Shown: positions 17,502 to 27,396, numbered from the stretch's first letter. The stretch: DNA of 48,505 nucleotides from Nitriliruptorales bacterium (GCA_036260415.1 DASZZX010000260.1:1-48505); one strand, 5' to 3'. Program-made: numbers and translations. Notes: generated by a model from the sequence alone, not told the origin.

Positions 17502-18500
17502 TCAGCTGCGGAAACGCTGGCGCATGTCGAGCACGTCCTGCTCGCTGCCCATCACGACGAGCACGTCCCCGGCGTGCAACTCCGACCCCGCGTCGGGGTG
17601 GGTGTCCATGTGCTCGTCCTCGGCGTGGCGGATGGCGAGCACCGTGCAGCCGTAGCGCTCGCGGATCGCAGCCTCTCGCAGGGTGCGCCCGTCGAGCGGC
17701 CCGCCGGCCACGACCGGCACCTCCTCGAGGGTGTACTCGATGCCGCCGGCGCCGATGCCGTCCAGGAAGTCGGACACCACCGGCCGGGTCAACAGCTGGG
17801 CGATGCGCCGGCCGCCGATCGTGGAGGGGGCGATGACCCGGTCCGCGCCGGCGCGGCGCAGCTTGGCCTCGTTCTCGTCCGCCTTGATGCGGCCGACCAC
17901 GAGGCAGTCGGGGCGCAGGCCCTTGGCGGTGAGCGCGATCAGCACGTTGTCGGCATCGGTGTTGACACACGCGACCACGGCCCGCGCCCGCGCCAGGCCG
18001 GCTTCCTCCAGGACGTGCTCCTCCGTTGCGTCACCCTGCACGTGCAGGTAGCCGCGGCTGGAGACCTCCTCGATCTTGTCGTCGTCGTCGTCGACCACCA
18101 CGAAGGCGCGGTCCTCGCGCACCAGCTCGGCGACGAGGTGACGCCCCACGCGGCCGTAGCCGCACACGATCACGTGGTCGGCGGTCCGGTTGATGCGGCG
18201 CTCCATCCGTCGCCTTTCGATGATCCGTCGGAGGTGGCCCTCCACCACGAACTCCGCCGCGCTCAGGGCCGCGTACGTGGCGCTGGCCACACCACCCCCG
18301 ATCAGGAAGATGGTGAAGACCTGACCGGTCGGGTCGAGGTCGGTGACCTCACGGAACCCGACGGTGGTCACCGTGATGATGATCATGTACAGAGCGTCGA
18401 GCGGGCTCAGGTCCCCGATCACCTGGTAGCCGACGAACCCGATCAGCACCATGACCCCGTAGATGGTCAGGGCGATCCTCAGCCGGCGGGTCGGCGACAT
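17502..18500 (-). CDS. 2-TM potassium-channel-family protein with RCK (TrkA-N/TrkA-C) domains
   Basis: Pore helix and filter region YMIIITVTTVGFREV. Rossmann motif VIVCGYGRVGRHL, followed by a TrkA-C-like C-terminus. ATG 18500 (MSPTRRLR) precedes TM1; the track start is 18572. Confidence 0.85.
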   Translation of the reverse strand: MSPTRRLRIALTIYGVMVLIGFVGYQVIGDLSPLDALYMIIITVTTVGFREVTDLDPTGQVFTIFLIGGGVASATYAALSAAEFVVEGHLRRIIERRRMERRINRTADHVIVCGYGRVGRHLVAELVREDRAFVVVDDDDDKIEEVSSRGYLHVQGDATEEHVLEEAGLARARAVVACVNTDADNVLIALTAKGLRPDCLVVGRIKADENEAKLRRAGADRVIAPSTIGGRRIAQLLTRPVVSDFLDGIGAGGIEYTLEEVPVVAGGPLDGRTLREAAIRERYGCTVLAIRHAEDEHMDTHPDAGSELHAGDVLVVMGSEQDVLDMRQRFRS

Positions 18501-18636
18501 CCGGCGCTCCCTGCCTCGGACCGGGACGAGGACGTCGAGGCGTCGTCCGCCGTCCCCACGCCACACGGACACCCGGCGCTCCCTGCCTCCCGGGTCGCTG
18601 CGGACGCCGAGGTGGAGCGGCGGTCCCCCGCGACCA

Positions 18637-19296
18637 TCAGAACAGTCTCAGCGTCCCGTCGTCCTCACCGCGCAGCGCCGCCAGGTCGACCTCCACCCAG
18701 TCGATCCCGCGTGTCTCGGCCAGCACGCGCGCCTGCGGTCTCACCGCGGTGGCCGCGAGCACGCCCCGCACCGGGGCGAGCAACGGGTCTCGCTCGAGCC
18801 GCTGCAGGTAGCGGGTCAGCTGATCGACGCCCGCGATCTCGCCGATCCGCTTGATCTCCACGGCGACCGCGCGCCCCTCGGCGTCGCGGCACAGCAGGTC
18901 CACCGGCCCCAGGTCGGTCGGGAACTCGCGTCGCACGAGCGTCATCCCCGCCTCGATGCGGTGCGGGTGCGCGGCGATCAGCTCCTGCAGTTCGCTCTCC
19001 ACGCCGTCGAGGGCGAGGCCCCGCTCCGTGTCGAGGTGGTAGCTCCGCTCGTCGAGGAGCTCCTCGATCTCGATCACCAAGCGCTCGCCCTTGGGGCTCG
19101 TGACGGTCCAGACCCCGCCCTCCTCGGTGAGGGTGTTGGGAGCGTTCATCCAGTTGATCGGCTTGTACGCCCCGACGTCGGCGTGGATCGCGACGCACCC
19201 GTCGGCCTTGACCATGATCAGGCGGACCGCCGACGACAGCGAGGACGACAGCCGTCCCTCATAGCGGGCGCTGCAGCGAGCGACGACGAGACGCAT
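18637..19296 (-). CDS. nucS: endonuclease NucS (EndoMS, non-canonical mismatch repair)
   Basis: MRLVVARCSARYEGRLSS...IMVKADGCVAIHAD...YKPINWM...GPVDLLCRD...AVEIKR...GVDQLTRYL is the NucS pattern over 219 aa. The upstream part of the track ORF (to 19761) is low-complexity. Confidence 0.9.
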   Translation of the reverse strand: MRLVVARCSARYEGRLSSSLSSAVRLIMVKADGCVAIHADVGAYKPINWMNAPNTLTEEGGVWTVTSPKGERLVIEIEELLDERSYHLDTERGLALDGVESELQELIAAHPHRIEAGMTLVRREFPTDLGPVDLLCRDAEGRAVAVEIKRIGEIAGVDQLTRYLQRLERDPLLAPVRGVLAATAVRPQARVLAETRGIDWVEVDLAALRGEDDGTLRLF

Positions 19297-19696
19297 GAGC
19301 CGGGACGGTAGCGGCTGTCGCGCCGGCCCACCGTTCGCCTCCGGCCCGGGCGGCTGGGGCTGATCGCCGGCGATCTTCACCGCGGTGCGATCCCCGCACT
19401 GGCGACCCGGATGCACAGCGTTGCGTGCCCGCGAGACCACCCCACGCGACCGTAACGGAACGCAACCTGGCACGCGGAACGTGGCCGCACGGTGGTGGTC
19501 ACACCCCTCGCCGCGCACCGCCGAGCTAGCCCGCCAGAACTCGCGACGGGACGCGATACGCGTGCTACCGTCGGCCCACCCACCGCCCACGCGTGCGGCC
19601 GAGCCTGGCCCCCGGTTACGACCGGGATCCGGACCGGGAGCGGGAGCTGGAGCGGCGAAGCCGGGGCGTCGCTCCCCGCGAAGGAGAGCCAGGCAG

Positions 19697-20905
19697 GTGG
19701 AGCAGGCCGGTCGAGCAGCGCTCGATCCAGCGAGCGACGCGCTCGAGCTCGTCGCCCACAAACCCGACCTCGGGGAGCTCCTCGACCGGGGCCTCAGCCG
19801 CGGCTACGTGCTGCTGTCGGAACTGCACGAACACTACGACCCGCTCAACGACGACCCTGATTGGGTCAACCGTGCGGTACTCGCGACGGGCGACCTCGGG
19901 GTGGAGGTCGTGGACGACCTCGCGGGCGACGCCGACCGCCCCGCCGCGGACCTGATGTCCTCCTCCACCGATCCGGTCCGTCACTACCTCAACGCCATCG
20001 GCAAGACCGCCCTGCTGACCGCCGAGGAGGAGGTCGACCTGGCCAAGCGTGACCAGGCCGGTGTGGCCGCGCGCGACATGCTCGGGCACGGTGGGGCGCT
20101 GCCACCGCGCCGGCGTGCCCTGTTGCGACAGATCGACCGGGACGGACGCCGCGCCCAGGACCACATGGTGCGCGCCAACCTCCGGCTGGTGGTGTCGGTG
20201 GCCCGCCGCTACCGCGGGCGCGGGCTGGACCTCCTCGACCTGATCCAGGAGGGCAACCTCGGGTTGATGCGAGCGGTCGAGAAGTTCGACCACACCAAGG
20301 GCTACAAGTTCTCGACCTACGCGACGTGGTGGATCCGCCAGGCGCTCACGCGCGGCCTGGCCGACAAGTCCCGCGTTCTACGTCTGCCGGTCCACGTCCA
20401 CGAGACCCTCGGCAAGATGCGGTGGGCGGAGCTGGACCTGGTCCAGCAGCTGGGACGCGAGCCCAGCGAGGGGGAGCTCGCCGAAGCGATGGACATGACC
20501 CTCGAGCGGCTTCGGGACATCCGCAGCGCCGCGCGCGACCTGCTGTCGCTGGACACGCCCGTCGGTGAGGACGGGGACACGACGATGGGTCACCTGGTCG
20601 CCGACGACGACGCGGTCGATCCCGAGAGCGCGGCCGCGTTCACGCTCACCCGGCATCTGGTCCGCGACGTGCTGGGGACGCTCAACGAGCGTGAGCGCGG
20701 CGTGGTCATGCTGCGGTTCGGTCTGCTGGACGGCGAGTGTCGCACCCTGGAGGAGGTCGGGGCGCGGTACGGCGTGACGCGCGAACGCATCCGTCAGATC
20801 GAGGCCAAGACCCTGACCAAGCTGCGTCACCCGTCACGGTCGGACCGTCTGCGCGGGTTGTTGGAGAGCGCCCCCGGACGGTCGAACTCGTCGGTCGCGT
20901 CCTAG
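19697..20905 (+). CDS. RNA polymerase sigma-70 family factor (group 1/2-like)
   Basis: Region 2 LRLVVSVARRYRGRGLDLLDLIQEGNLGLMRAVEKFDHTKGYKFSTYATWWIRQA and region 4 EEVGARYGVTRERIRQIEAKTLTKLRH. GTG 19697 is preceded by GAAGGAGAG. Confidence 0.85.
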   Translation: MEQAGRAALDPASDALELVAHKPDLGELLDRGLSRGYVLLSELHEHYDPLNDDPDWVNRAVLATGDLGVEVVDDLAGDADRPAADLMSSSTDPVRHYLNAIGKTALLTAEEEVDLAKRDQAGVAARDMLGHGGALPPRRRALLRQIDRDGRRAQDHMVRANLRLVVSVARRYRGRGLDLLDLIQEGNLGLMRAVEKFDHTKGYKFSTYATWWIRQALTRGLADKSRVLRLPVHVHETLGKMRWAELDLVQQLGREPSEGELAEAMDMTLERLRDIRSAARDLLSLDTPVGEDGDTTMGHLVADDDAVDPESAAAFTLTRHLVRDVLGTLNERERGVVMLRFGLLDGECRTLEEVGARYGVTRERIRQIEAKTLTKLRHPSRSDRLRGLLESAPGRSNSSVAS

Positions 20906-20980
20906 CCTGCGAGCGGCGAACCTTTGAGAGTGGGACGGTCCCGGTAGCCTGACGCCTCCCGTCGGCTGACGAGGAGCACC

Positions 20981-22075
20981 GTGGGGGTCCGTGTCGGCCT
21001 GGTGGGTCTGCCCAACGTCGGCAAGTCCACGCTGTTCAACGCGGTCACCCGCGCCGGGGCGCTGGTGGCGAACTACCCGTTCGCCACCATCGAGCCCAAC
21101 GTGGGTGTGGTCCCTGTACCCGACGACCGGTTGGAGCACCTCGCCGCACTCGCCGGCTCCGCGCGCGCCGTCCACGCGACGATGGAGATGGTCGACATCG
21201 CCGGCCTGGTCCGCGGTGCCAGCACCGGCGAGGGCCTCGGCAACCGTTTCCTCGCACACGTTCGCGAGGTCGACGCGATCTGCCACGTGGTGCGCTGCTT
21301 CGAGCAGCCCGACGTGGTGCATCTGAGCGGAGCGATCGATCCGCCCGGTGACATCGAGGTGGTCGAGACGGAGCTCGCGCTCAAGGATCTCGAGACGGTC
21401 GACCGACGGCTGGAGCGCACGGTCCGCGCGGCCCGCACCGGCGACAAGGGGCTGGCTGCCGAGGAGGAGATCCTGGCCGCACTGCGCGACCACCTCGCCA
21501 CAGGCGCCCCGGCGCGGACCTTCACCCACGACCCGGACCACGCGCCCCTGATCGACGAGCAGTTCCTCCTGACGGTCAAGCCGGTCGTGTACGTGGCCAA
21601 CGTCGCGGAGGACGACCTGCCCACCGGCAGCGCGCTCGTCGATGCCGTCCGCAAGCGCGCCCACGACGACGGGGCGGACGTGGTGGTGCTGTGTGCTCAG
21701 ATCGAGGCCGAACTGGCGGACCTTCCCGACGACGAGCGGCGCGAGTACCTGGTGACGCTGGGGCTGGAGGACAGCGGCCTCGTGCGACTGGTCCGCTCCG
21801 CCTTGCACGTGCTCGATCTGGTCACGTTCTTCACCGTGGCACCCACGGAGGCACACGCCTGGACCGTTCCGGCGGGAACACGGGCCCGGCGGGCCGCGCG
21901 GGAAGTGCACTCCGACATGGAGCGCGGGTTCATCCGTGCCGAGATCATCCGCTACGAGGACTACGTGGCGCACGGCTCCGAAGCTGCCGTCTGGGACGCC
22001 GGCCAGGTGCACATCGCCGGCCGCGACGAGCCGGTCCGCGACGGCGACGTCGTCCGCTTCCGCTTCCACGTGTAG
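20981..22075 (+). CDS. ychF: redox-regulated ribosome-binding ATPase YchF
   Basis: GLVGLPNVGKSTLFNAVT P-loop, MEMVDIAGLVRGAS, and a C-terminal TGS-like GDVVRFRF. Confidence 0.95.
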   Translation: MGVRVGLVGLPNVGKSTLFNAVTRAGALVANYPFATIEPNVGVVPVPDDRLEHLAALAGSARAVHATMEMVDIAGLVRGASTGEGLGNRFLAHVREVDAICHVVRCFEQPDVVHLSGAIDPPGDIEVVETELALKDLETVDRRLERTVRAARTGDKGLAAEEEILAALRDHLATGAPARTFTHDPDHAPLIDEQFLLTVKPVVYVANVAEDDLPTGSALVDAVRKRAHDDGADVVVLCAQIEAELADLPDDERREYLVTLGLEDSGLVRLVRSALHVLDLVTFFTVAPTEAHAWTVPAGTRARRAAREVHSDMERGFIRAEIIRYEDYVAHGSEAAVWDAGQVHIAGRDEPVRDGDVVRFRFHV

Positions 22076-22171
22076 GCGGCCGCCTCCCGCGCCCCCGCGG
22101 GTGCTCGGCCCGGACGTCCGGCCCACCTACGCCGGGTACGTTCACGCTGAGGCGCCCAGCCAGGAGACCCG

Positions 22172-22360
22172 ATGCCCCGCAGCCAGCCGATCACCCGTCT
22201 CGAGGTGGCTGCGTGCCCCACCCATCGCACCAACGTGGGCCACTACAAGGATCACGAGGTCGGCTGCGACTGCCTCACCGAGGAACGGCGTGCCAACCTC
22301 GCCCGCCGGTTGCAAGCGGCGCGCGCCGAGGGCAACCCGTTGGCCGACCCCGCCGAGTAG
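22172..22360 (+). CDS. small Cys/His-rich hypothetical protein (62 aa)
   Basis: AGGAGA Shine-Dalgarno 5 nt upstream of the ATG, and GC3-rich codon usage. Its stop lies 3 nt before the GTG of the next gene. C15, H18, H24, H28, C32 and C34 could bind metal. I recognise no family. Confidence 0.4.
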   Translation: MPRSQPITRLEVAACPTHRTNVGHYKDHEVGCDCLTEERRANLARRLQAARAEGNPLADPAE

Positions 22361-22363
22361 CAC

Positions 22364-23749
22364 GTGTCGCGGAGAGGTCTCGGGGGACGGTTCGGTCGGG
22401 GCGCCCGGCTTGCCAGCACCGGCGTGCGCTCCGCCGCCGGGCTGGCCGCCGCCAAAGCTCGCCAGATGAGCGGTGGGGACGTCGATCCCGAGGAGTTCCA
22501 CCGCACCACGGCCGAGCTGCTGGTCGACGTGCTCGGCGAGATGAAGGGCGCGGCCATGAAGCTCGGCCAGCTGCTGTCGTTCGTCGACGTGGACCTACCG
22601 CCCGAGGTCCGTTCCATCTACCACGAGGCGCTGGCGTCACTGCGCGACAGCGCGCCGCCCATGGACCCCGCCCGCATCGAGGCGGTCGTCGCCGAGGAGT
22701 ATGGCGCCCCGCCCGGCGCGATCTTCGCAGAGTGGGAGCGCGAACCGCTCGCCGCCGCCTCGATCGGTCAGGTGCACGCGGCGCGGCTCGACGACGGGCG
22801 GGAGGTGGTGGTCAAGGTGCAGTACCCCGGTGTGGCCGAGGCGGTGCGTGCCGACCTGCGCAACGCCGAGGCGTTCACGCCGCTGGCGCGCATCATCTCG
22901 CCCCACCTCGAGGTCGAGCCGCTGATCGACGAGCTGCGCGAACGGGTCGGCGACGAGCTGAACTACGAGCGCGAGGCGACCTACCAGCGGGCCTTCGCCA
23001 ACCGTTACAAGGGGCACCCGTTCATCCACGTGCCCGAGGTCGTCGCCGACATGTGCCGGTCACGCGTCCTGGTGGTCGAACGCGTCCGGGGACGCAGCTT
23101 CAACGAGGTCGCCGACCACGGCACCGACGAGGACCGCCAGCGGCTCGGCGAGATCATCTTCCGCTACGCCTTCGGCACGATCGAGCGCTTCCGCCTGTTC
23201 AACGGCGACCCCCACCCGGGCAACTACCTGTACGAGGACGGCGGGCGGGTGGCGTTCATCGACTACGGGTCGGTCAAGATGTTCAGCCGCGAGCGCTTCG
23301 AGCACATGCAGCGGATGAACCGCACCGTTCGTCACGGCGACCCCCAGCAGCTGGTGGCGCGTCTGCGCGAGTCGGGGTTCCTGCCGCCCGGCGTCGCCAT
23401 CGACGCCGACCTCATGTGCGAGTGGTGGCAGCTGTACATGCGGCCGATCCTCGCCGAGCAACCGTTCACCTTCACCCCCGAGTTCGCGACCGAGGTGATC
23501 CGCTCCACGACCGATCCACGCTCCAAGTACCTCCGGGTGCTGCGGCCACTGAACCTCCCACCGGACTACTTGCTGCTGAACCGGATCCACTTCGGGGTGA
23601 ACAGCGTGCTGGGCCGGCTGCGGGCGACCAACGACTGGCGCGCGATCCGCGACGAGTACAGCAGCGGCGGCCCACCGGCCACGCCGCTGGGCGAACTCGA
23701 CCGGGCGTGGTGGCGGGCGCGTTCGCCGGTGTACGACCCCCCCGCCTGA
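22364..23749 (+). CDS. ABC1/UbiB-family atypical kinase
   Basis: MKLGQLLSF...WEREPLAAASIGQVHAARLDDGREVVVKVQYPGV...FNGDPHPGNYL...FIDYG are ABC1 kinase-like motifs. Confidence 0.85.
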   Translation: MSRRGLGGRFGRGARLASTGVRSAAGLAAAKARQMSGGDVDPEEFHRTTAELLVDVLGEMKGAAMKLGQLLSFVDVDLPPEVRSIYHEALASLRDSAPPMDPARIEAVVAEEYGAPPGAIFAEWEREPLAAASIGQVHAARLDDGREVVVKVQYPGVAEAVRADLRNAEAFTPLARIISPHLEVEPLIDELRERVGDELNYEREATYQRAFANRYKGHPFIHVPEVVADMCRSRVLVVERVRGRSFNEVADHGTDEDRQRLGEIIFRYAFGTIERFRLFNGDPHPGNYLYEDGGRVAFIDYGSVKMFSRERFEHMQRMNRTVRHGDPQQLVARLRESGFLPPGVAIDADLMCEWWQLYMRPILAEQPFTFTPEFATEVIRSTTDPRSKYLRVLRPLNLPPDYLLLNRIHFGVNSVLGRLRATNDWRAIRDEYSSGGPPATPLGELDRAWWRARSPVYDPPA

Positions 23750-23762
23750 TCTCTGGGAGCGC

Positions 23763-25556
23763 TCAGGCCTCCGCGTAGATGTCCTCGATCGCCTGGTCGT
23801 ACTTGTCCACCACGACGCGGCGCTTGACCTTCAAGGTCGGCGTGAGCTCGCCACCCTCGATCGTGAAGTCCTGGGGGAGGATGCGGAACTCGCGGATCGA
23901 CTCGGCGCGTGACACGGCCGCGTTGGCGTGGTCCACCGCCTCCTGGATGGTGGCGCGCAGGTCGGGGTCGTCGGTGAGGTCGGCGACCGACTTGCCCTGC
24001 TTGCCGTGCTGATCCGCCCAGCGCGGGAACTCGTCGGGGTCGATGGTGATGAGGGCCCCGATGAACGGCCGGTCGTCGCCGACCACCATCGACTGGCTGA
24101 CCAACGGGTGGGAGCGGAGCCGGTCCTCCAGGACCGCCGGCGCGACGTTCTTGCCGCCGGCGGTGACGATCAGCTCCTTCTTGCGACCGGTGATGCGCAG
24201 GAACCCGTCGTCGTCGAGGTCCCCGATGTCGCCGGTGTGGAACCACCCGTCGTCGTCCAGCACCTCCCGCGTGGCCTCCTCGTTCCGCCAGTAGCCGGCG
24301 AAGACGTTGGGGCCCTTGATCAGCACCTCACCGTCGTCGGCGATCCTCAGCGAAACGCCCGGGAACGGTTGGCCGACCGTGCCCACCTTGAACCCGCTCG
24401 GCCGGTTGGCGGTGGCGCCCGCGCTGGTCTCCGTCAGCCCGTAGCCCTCGAGGATGGTGACACCGATGCCGTTGTAGAAGTGGCCCAGGCGCTCGCCCAG
24501 CGCCGCCCCGCCCGACACCGCGTAGCGCAGTTCGCCGCCCATGCGGCTGCGCAGCTTCGAGTACACCAGCCGATCGAACACCGCGTGCTGGAGGCGGACC
24601 GGCAGGCTCGGCGAGCGACCGGCCTGCTGGTGGCGCGAGTGCTCGATCGCGACGTCCACGGCCCGCTTGAAGATGGCCGCCTTGCCCTCTTCGCTCGCCT
24701 TGCTGACGGCGCCGTTGTAGACCTTCTCCCAGATCCGTGGGACCGACAGCAGGAAGGTCGGGCGGAGCATGGGAAGCTCCTCGATGAGCTCCTGCGGGCT
24801 GGTGGCGTAACCGATCTGGACCCCGGCCTCGACACATCCCGCCTGGATGAGCTGCGCGAACGAGTGCGCCAGCGGCAGGAACAGCAGCGTCCGGTCGTCG
24901 GTGGAGAAGAGCTCGGGCAGCCAGGCGATCGCCTGCACCGCGTCCCACCGCAGGTTGTGATGCAGGGTGACGCAGCCCTTGGGCCGTCCTGTGGTGCCGG
25001 AGGTGTAGATGATCGTGGCCACCGAGTCGGGACCGATCTTCTCGCCGCGCCGGTCGAGCTCGTCGTCCGTCACCTCGTTCCCGCTGGCCGTAAGCTCATC
25101 GAGGCCGCCCTCGTCGATCACGAACACGTGGTCGAGCGGGGCGGCGTCGGCCACATGCTGCCACTGGGACCGCAGCTCGGCGGTCTCGAAGAACCCGATC
25201 CGTGCGCCGCTGTCGGCGATGATCCACTCGACCTGCTCGACCGAGTCGGTCTCGTAGATCGGCACGACCGTGGCTCCGGCCGCCATCGCCGCGTACTGCA
25301 GGTACGTCCACTCGATCCGCGTCTTGGACATGATGCACACACGGTCGTCGACCTCGACGCCGAGGCCCACCAAGCCACGCGCCAGCGCCTGCACCCTCGC
25401 GGCGAACTGGGCCGCGGTCACGTCGACGAACCGGTCACCGTCGCGGTACGCGAGCATCTTGCGGTCGGGGGTCTCGGTGGCGTGGTACCAGACGGGGTGT
25501 AGAAGGTTGGCGTCCTCGGGGAGCGTGACCTCACCTGGTGACGTGTACTCGCGCAT
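23763..25556 (-). CDS. long-chain fatty-acid--CoA ligase (FadD15-like)
   Basis: IIYTSGTTGRPKG, EGYGLTETS, GWFHTGDIG...GFLRITGRKKELI and TPTLKVKRR. ATG 25556 (MREYTSPGEV) is the plausible start; the track extends to 25718. Confidence 0.85.
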   Translation of the reverse strand: MREYTSPGEVTLPEDANLLHPVWYHATETPDRKMLAYRDGDRFVDVTAAQFAARVQALARGLVGLGVEVDDRVCIMSKTRIEWTYLQYAAMAAGATVVPIYETDSVEQVEWIIADSGARIGFFETAELRSQWQHVADAAPLDHVFVIDEGGLDELTASGNEVTDDELDRRGEKIGPDSVATIIYTSGTTGRPKGCVTLHHNLRWDAVQAIAWLPELFSTDDRTLLFLPLAHSFAQLIQAGCVEAGVQIGYATSPQELIEELPMLRPTFLLSVPRIWEKVYNGAVSKASEEGKAAIFKRAVDVAIEHSRHQQAGRSPSLPVRLQHAVFDRLVYSKLRSRMGGELRYAVSGGAALGERLGHFYNGIGVTILEGYGLTETSAGATANRPSGFKVGTVGQPFPGVSLRIADDGEVLIKGPNVFAGYWRNEEATREVLDDDGWFHTGDIGDLDDDGFLRITGRKKELIVTAGGKNVAPAVLEDRLRSHPLVSQSMVVGDDRPFIGALITIDPDEFPRWADQHGKQGKSVADLTDDPDLRATIQEAVDHANAAVSRAESIREFRILPQDFTIEGGELTPTLKVKRRVVVDKYDQAIEDIYAEA

Positions 25557-25732
25557 GTTCCTCACCTGTCGGCAGCGGCGGGACGGTCGCCCGCGACGGG
25601 GACGGAGGGTAGCGGACCGCGGCACCTCACAGGGCCTTATCGTCGCTTCTGGAACGCGCACGAGCCGGGCGTCCGTTGGCCGGTGGCGGAACCTCACCTC
25701 GCCCTGACCCTGCGGCACTTGAGGAGGACCGC

Positions 25733-27331
25733 GTGACCGAGGCAGCTGTGCCGCGACCGCCGGGTGACCGGCGTCTTCTGCTGTCGTGGCAGCTGCTGAC
25801 GCTCGTCACGGCGACCGCCTACACGCTGGCCTCGCTGCGCTCGCCGCACTTGCGCGTGGCCCTGCACGCCGGCGACGCGCGCGCCATCCTCGAGGTGGCC
25901 GGCGTGTTCCTGGTGCTGTTCTCGGCGCTGATGATGGCCATCCCGGACGACGACCAGATCCGGCCGGCGCGCAACGCGTTCATCTCCGCGCTGGCGGTCA
26001 TCGCCGTCACGAACGGGCTGTTCGGGGTCAGCGCGACGGTCGCGTGGCAGCGCCTCACCGTCGATGAGGGTCTGGCGTTCTACCCGTGGGTCGCCGCACG
26101 GTACGAGGCCGGGCTGCTGTTCATCCTCGCCGGCATCGAGCGTCCCCGGCTCTCGCTGCCCCGCTACCTGTGGGCCTCGCTGACCGTGCTCGTGCTGGCC
26201 GATGGCCTGCTGCTGCTCGGCGCGGAGCGTCTCCCCGCCCTCGTGCAGTTGCGCAACGCGGGCGGCAGCCCCGAGATCACCATCCTCGCGACCGCCCCCC
26301 ACGCCGTGCTGCAAGCGGTCCCCGGCGCCCTCTTCCTGCTGGGCGGCTGGCTCGCCGGCCGCACCTACCTGCGGAGTGGGGCGCCGGTCTTCCTGCTCCT
26401 GTCGCTGGCGCTGATCGCGCAGGCCTTCACGCAGGTGCACGAGATCGTGCAGCCGGCGTTCCTCGGGCCCGTCGTCACCACCGCCGACGTGTTCCGCTCC
26501 GCCTCGTTCGTGCTGCTCTTCCTCGGCGCGCTGCTGCAAGTCCGCCGCCTGTACCAGGAACGCTCTGACACGGTGCGCGCCCAACAGGCCGACCTGTACG
26601 CCCAGGACGTTCTCGCCGAGGAGCTGATGCGCTTCCTGGTGCAGGAGCAGGATTTCCGCGCGATCGTCTCGCACGAGCTGGCGACGCCGGTGGCCACTAT
26701 CCGGGCCTTCGCGCACGTGCTGGGCGGGGCCGTGACCCCGTCCGGCCCCGCCCGGCACCGCCACGCGTTGGAGGGGATCCTCGCCGAGACGCGCCGCCTG
26801 ACGGAGTTGATCGCCCGCATCGACGAGCTGCGGGATCTGGAGCTGGCGGAGTTCCGCTGCGACCTTCGACCGGTCGCGATCCGCCCGCTGCTGGAGGAGG
26901 CCGCGAGCTTCGCCAGGGGGTTGCCGGGCGACCACCCGACCACAGTGGACTCCGACCACGTGCGGGTGTCCGCCGACCCGGTCCGGCTCGGGCAGGCGAT
27001 CCGCAACGTCCTGACCAACGCGGCCCGGTACGCGCCATCCAGCACCCCGGTCGCCATCCAGGGGCGCGAGGTGTCCGGGGGCCGGTTCTGGATCGCCATC
27101 AGCGACCGGGGTCCCGGGGTGCCCCTTGAGGAGCGGGAGGTGGTTCTGCGCCGCTACGCCCGGGGCACCACCGGGCGTCGCACACCCGGGACCGGTCTGG
27201 GTCTGTACGTCACCTCCCGGATCGTGGAGGCGCACAACGGCCGGATGTGGATCGAGGACGCCGGCGGGGCTCCTGGAACGGGGACGCGTGTGGTGATCGA
27301 ACTGCCCCTGGCCGACCGTGTCCTCGCCTGA
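25733..27331 (+). CDS. membrane sensor histidine kinase (classical HisKA + HATPase_c), no adjacent response regulator
   Basis: A polytopic N-terminal half, H-box IVSHELATPVATIRAF, N-box NVLTNAARYA, and G-boxes DRGPGV / GTGLGLYVTSRIVEAHNG. GTG 25733 is preceded by GAGGAGGA. Confidence 0.85.
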   Translation: MTEAAVPRPPGDRRLLLSWQLLTLVTATAYTLASLRSPHLRVALHAGDARAILEVAGVFLVLFSALMMAIPDDDQIRPARNAFISALAVIAVTNGLFGVSATVAWQRLTVDEGLAFYPWVAARYEAGLLFILAGIERPRLSLPRYLWASLTVLVLADGLLLLGAERLPALVQLRNAGGSPEITILATAPHAVLQAVPGALFLLGGWLAGRTYLRSGAPVFLLLSLALIAQAFTQVHEIVQPAFLGPVVTTADVFRSASFVLLFLGALLQVRRLYQERSDTVRAQQADLYAQDVLAEELMRFLVQEQDFRAIVSHELATPVATIRAFAHVLGGAVTPSGPARHRHALEGILAETRRLTELIARIDELRDLELAEFRCDLRPVAIRPLLEEAASFARGLPGDHPTTVDSDHVRVSADPVRLGQAIRNVLTNAARYAPSSTPVAIQGREVSGGRFWIAISDRGPGVPLEEREVVLRRYARGTTGRRTPGTGLGLYVTSRIVEAHNGRMWIEDAGGAPGTGTRVVIELPLADRVLA

Positions 27332-27396
27332 CCGCGGTCAGCGACGCCGTCGGTGATCGTCCCCTCGTCTCGGCCTCGGCTCTCGCGGTCGCCCGA

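Noticed and set aside
19297-19696. 400-nt divergent intergenic region between nucS and the sigma-factor gene, examined for small genes or known RNA motifs
   Set aside because: It contains only short Arg-rich ORFs without Shine-Dalgarno sequences, and I recognised no RNA family. It is probably promoters plus a long sigma-factor leader.
21691-23778. 695-aa plus-strand ORF
   Set aside because: An off-frame overlap of ychF, the small ORF and the ABC1 kinase gene. It is extremely Arg/Pro/Gly-rich, whereas the alternative frames give canonical YchF and ABC1 motifs.
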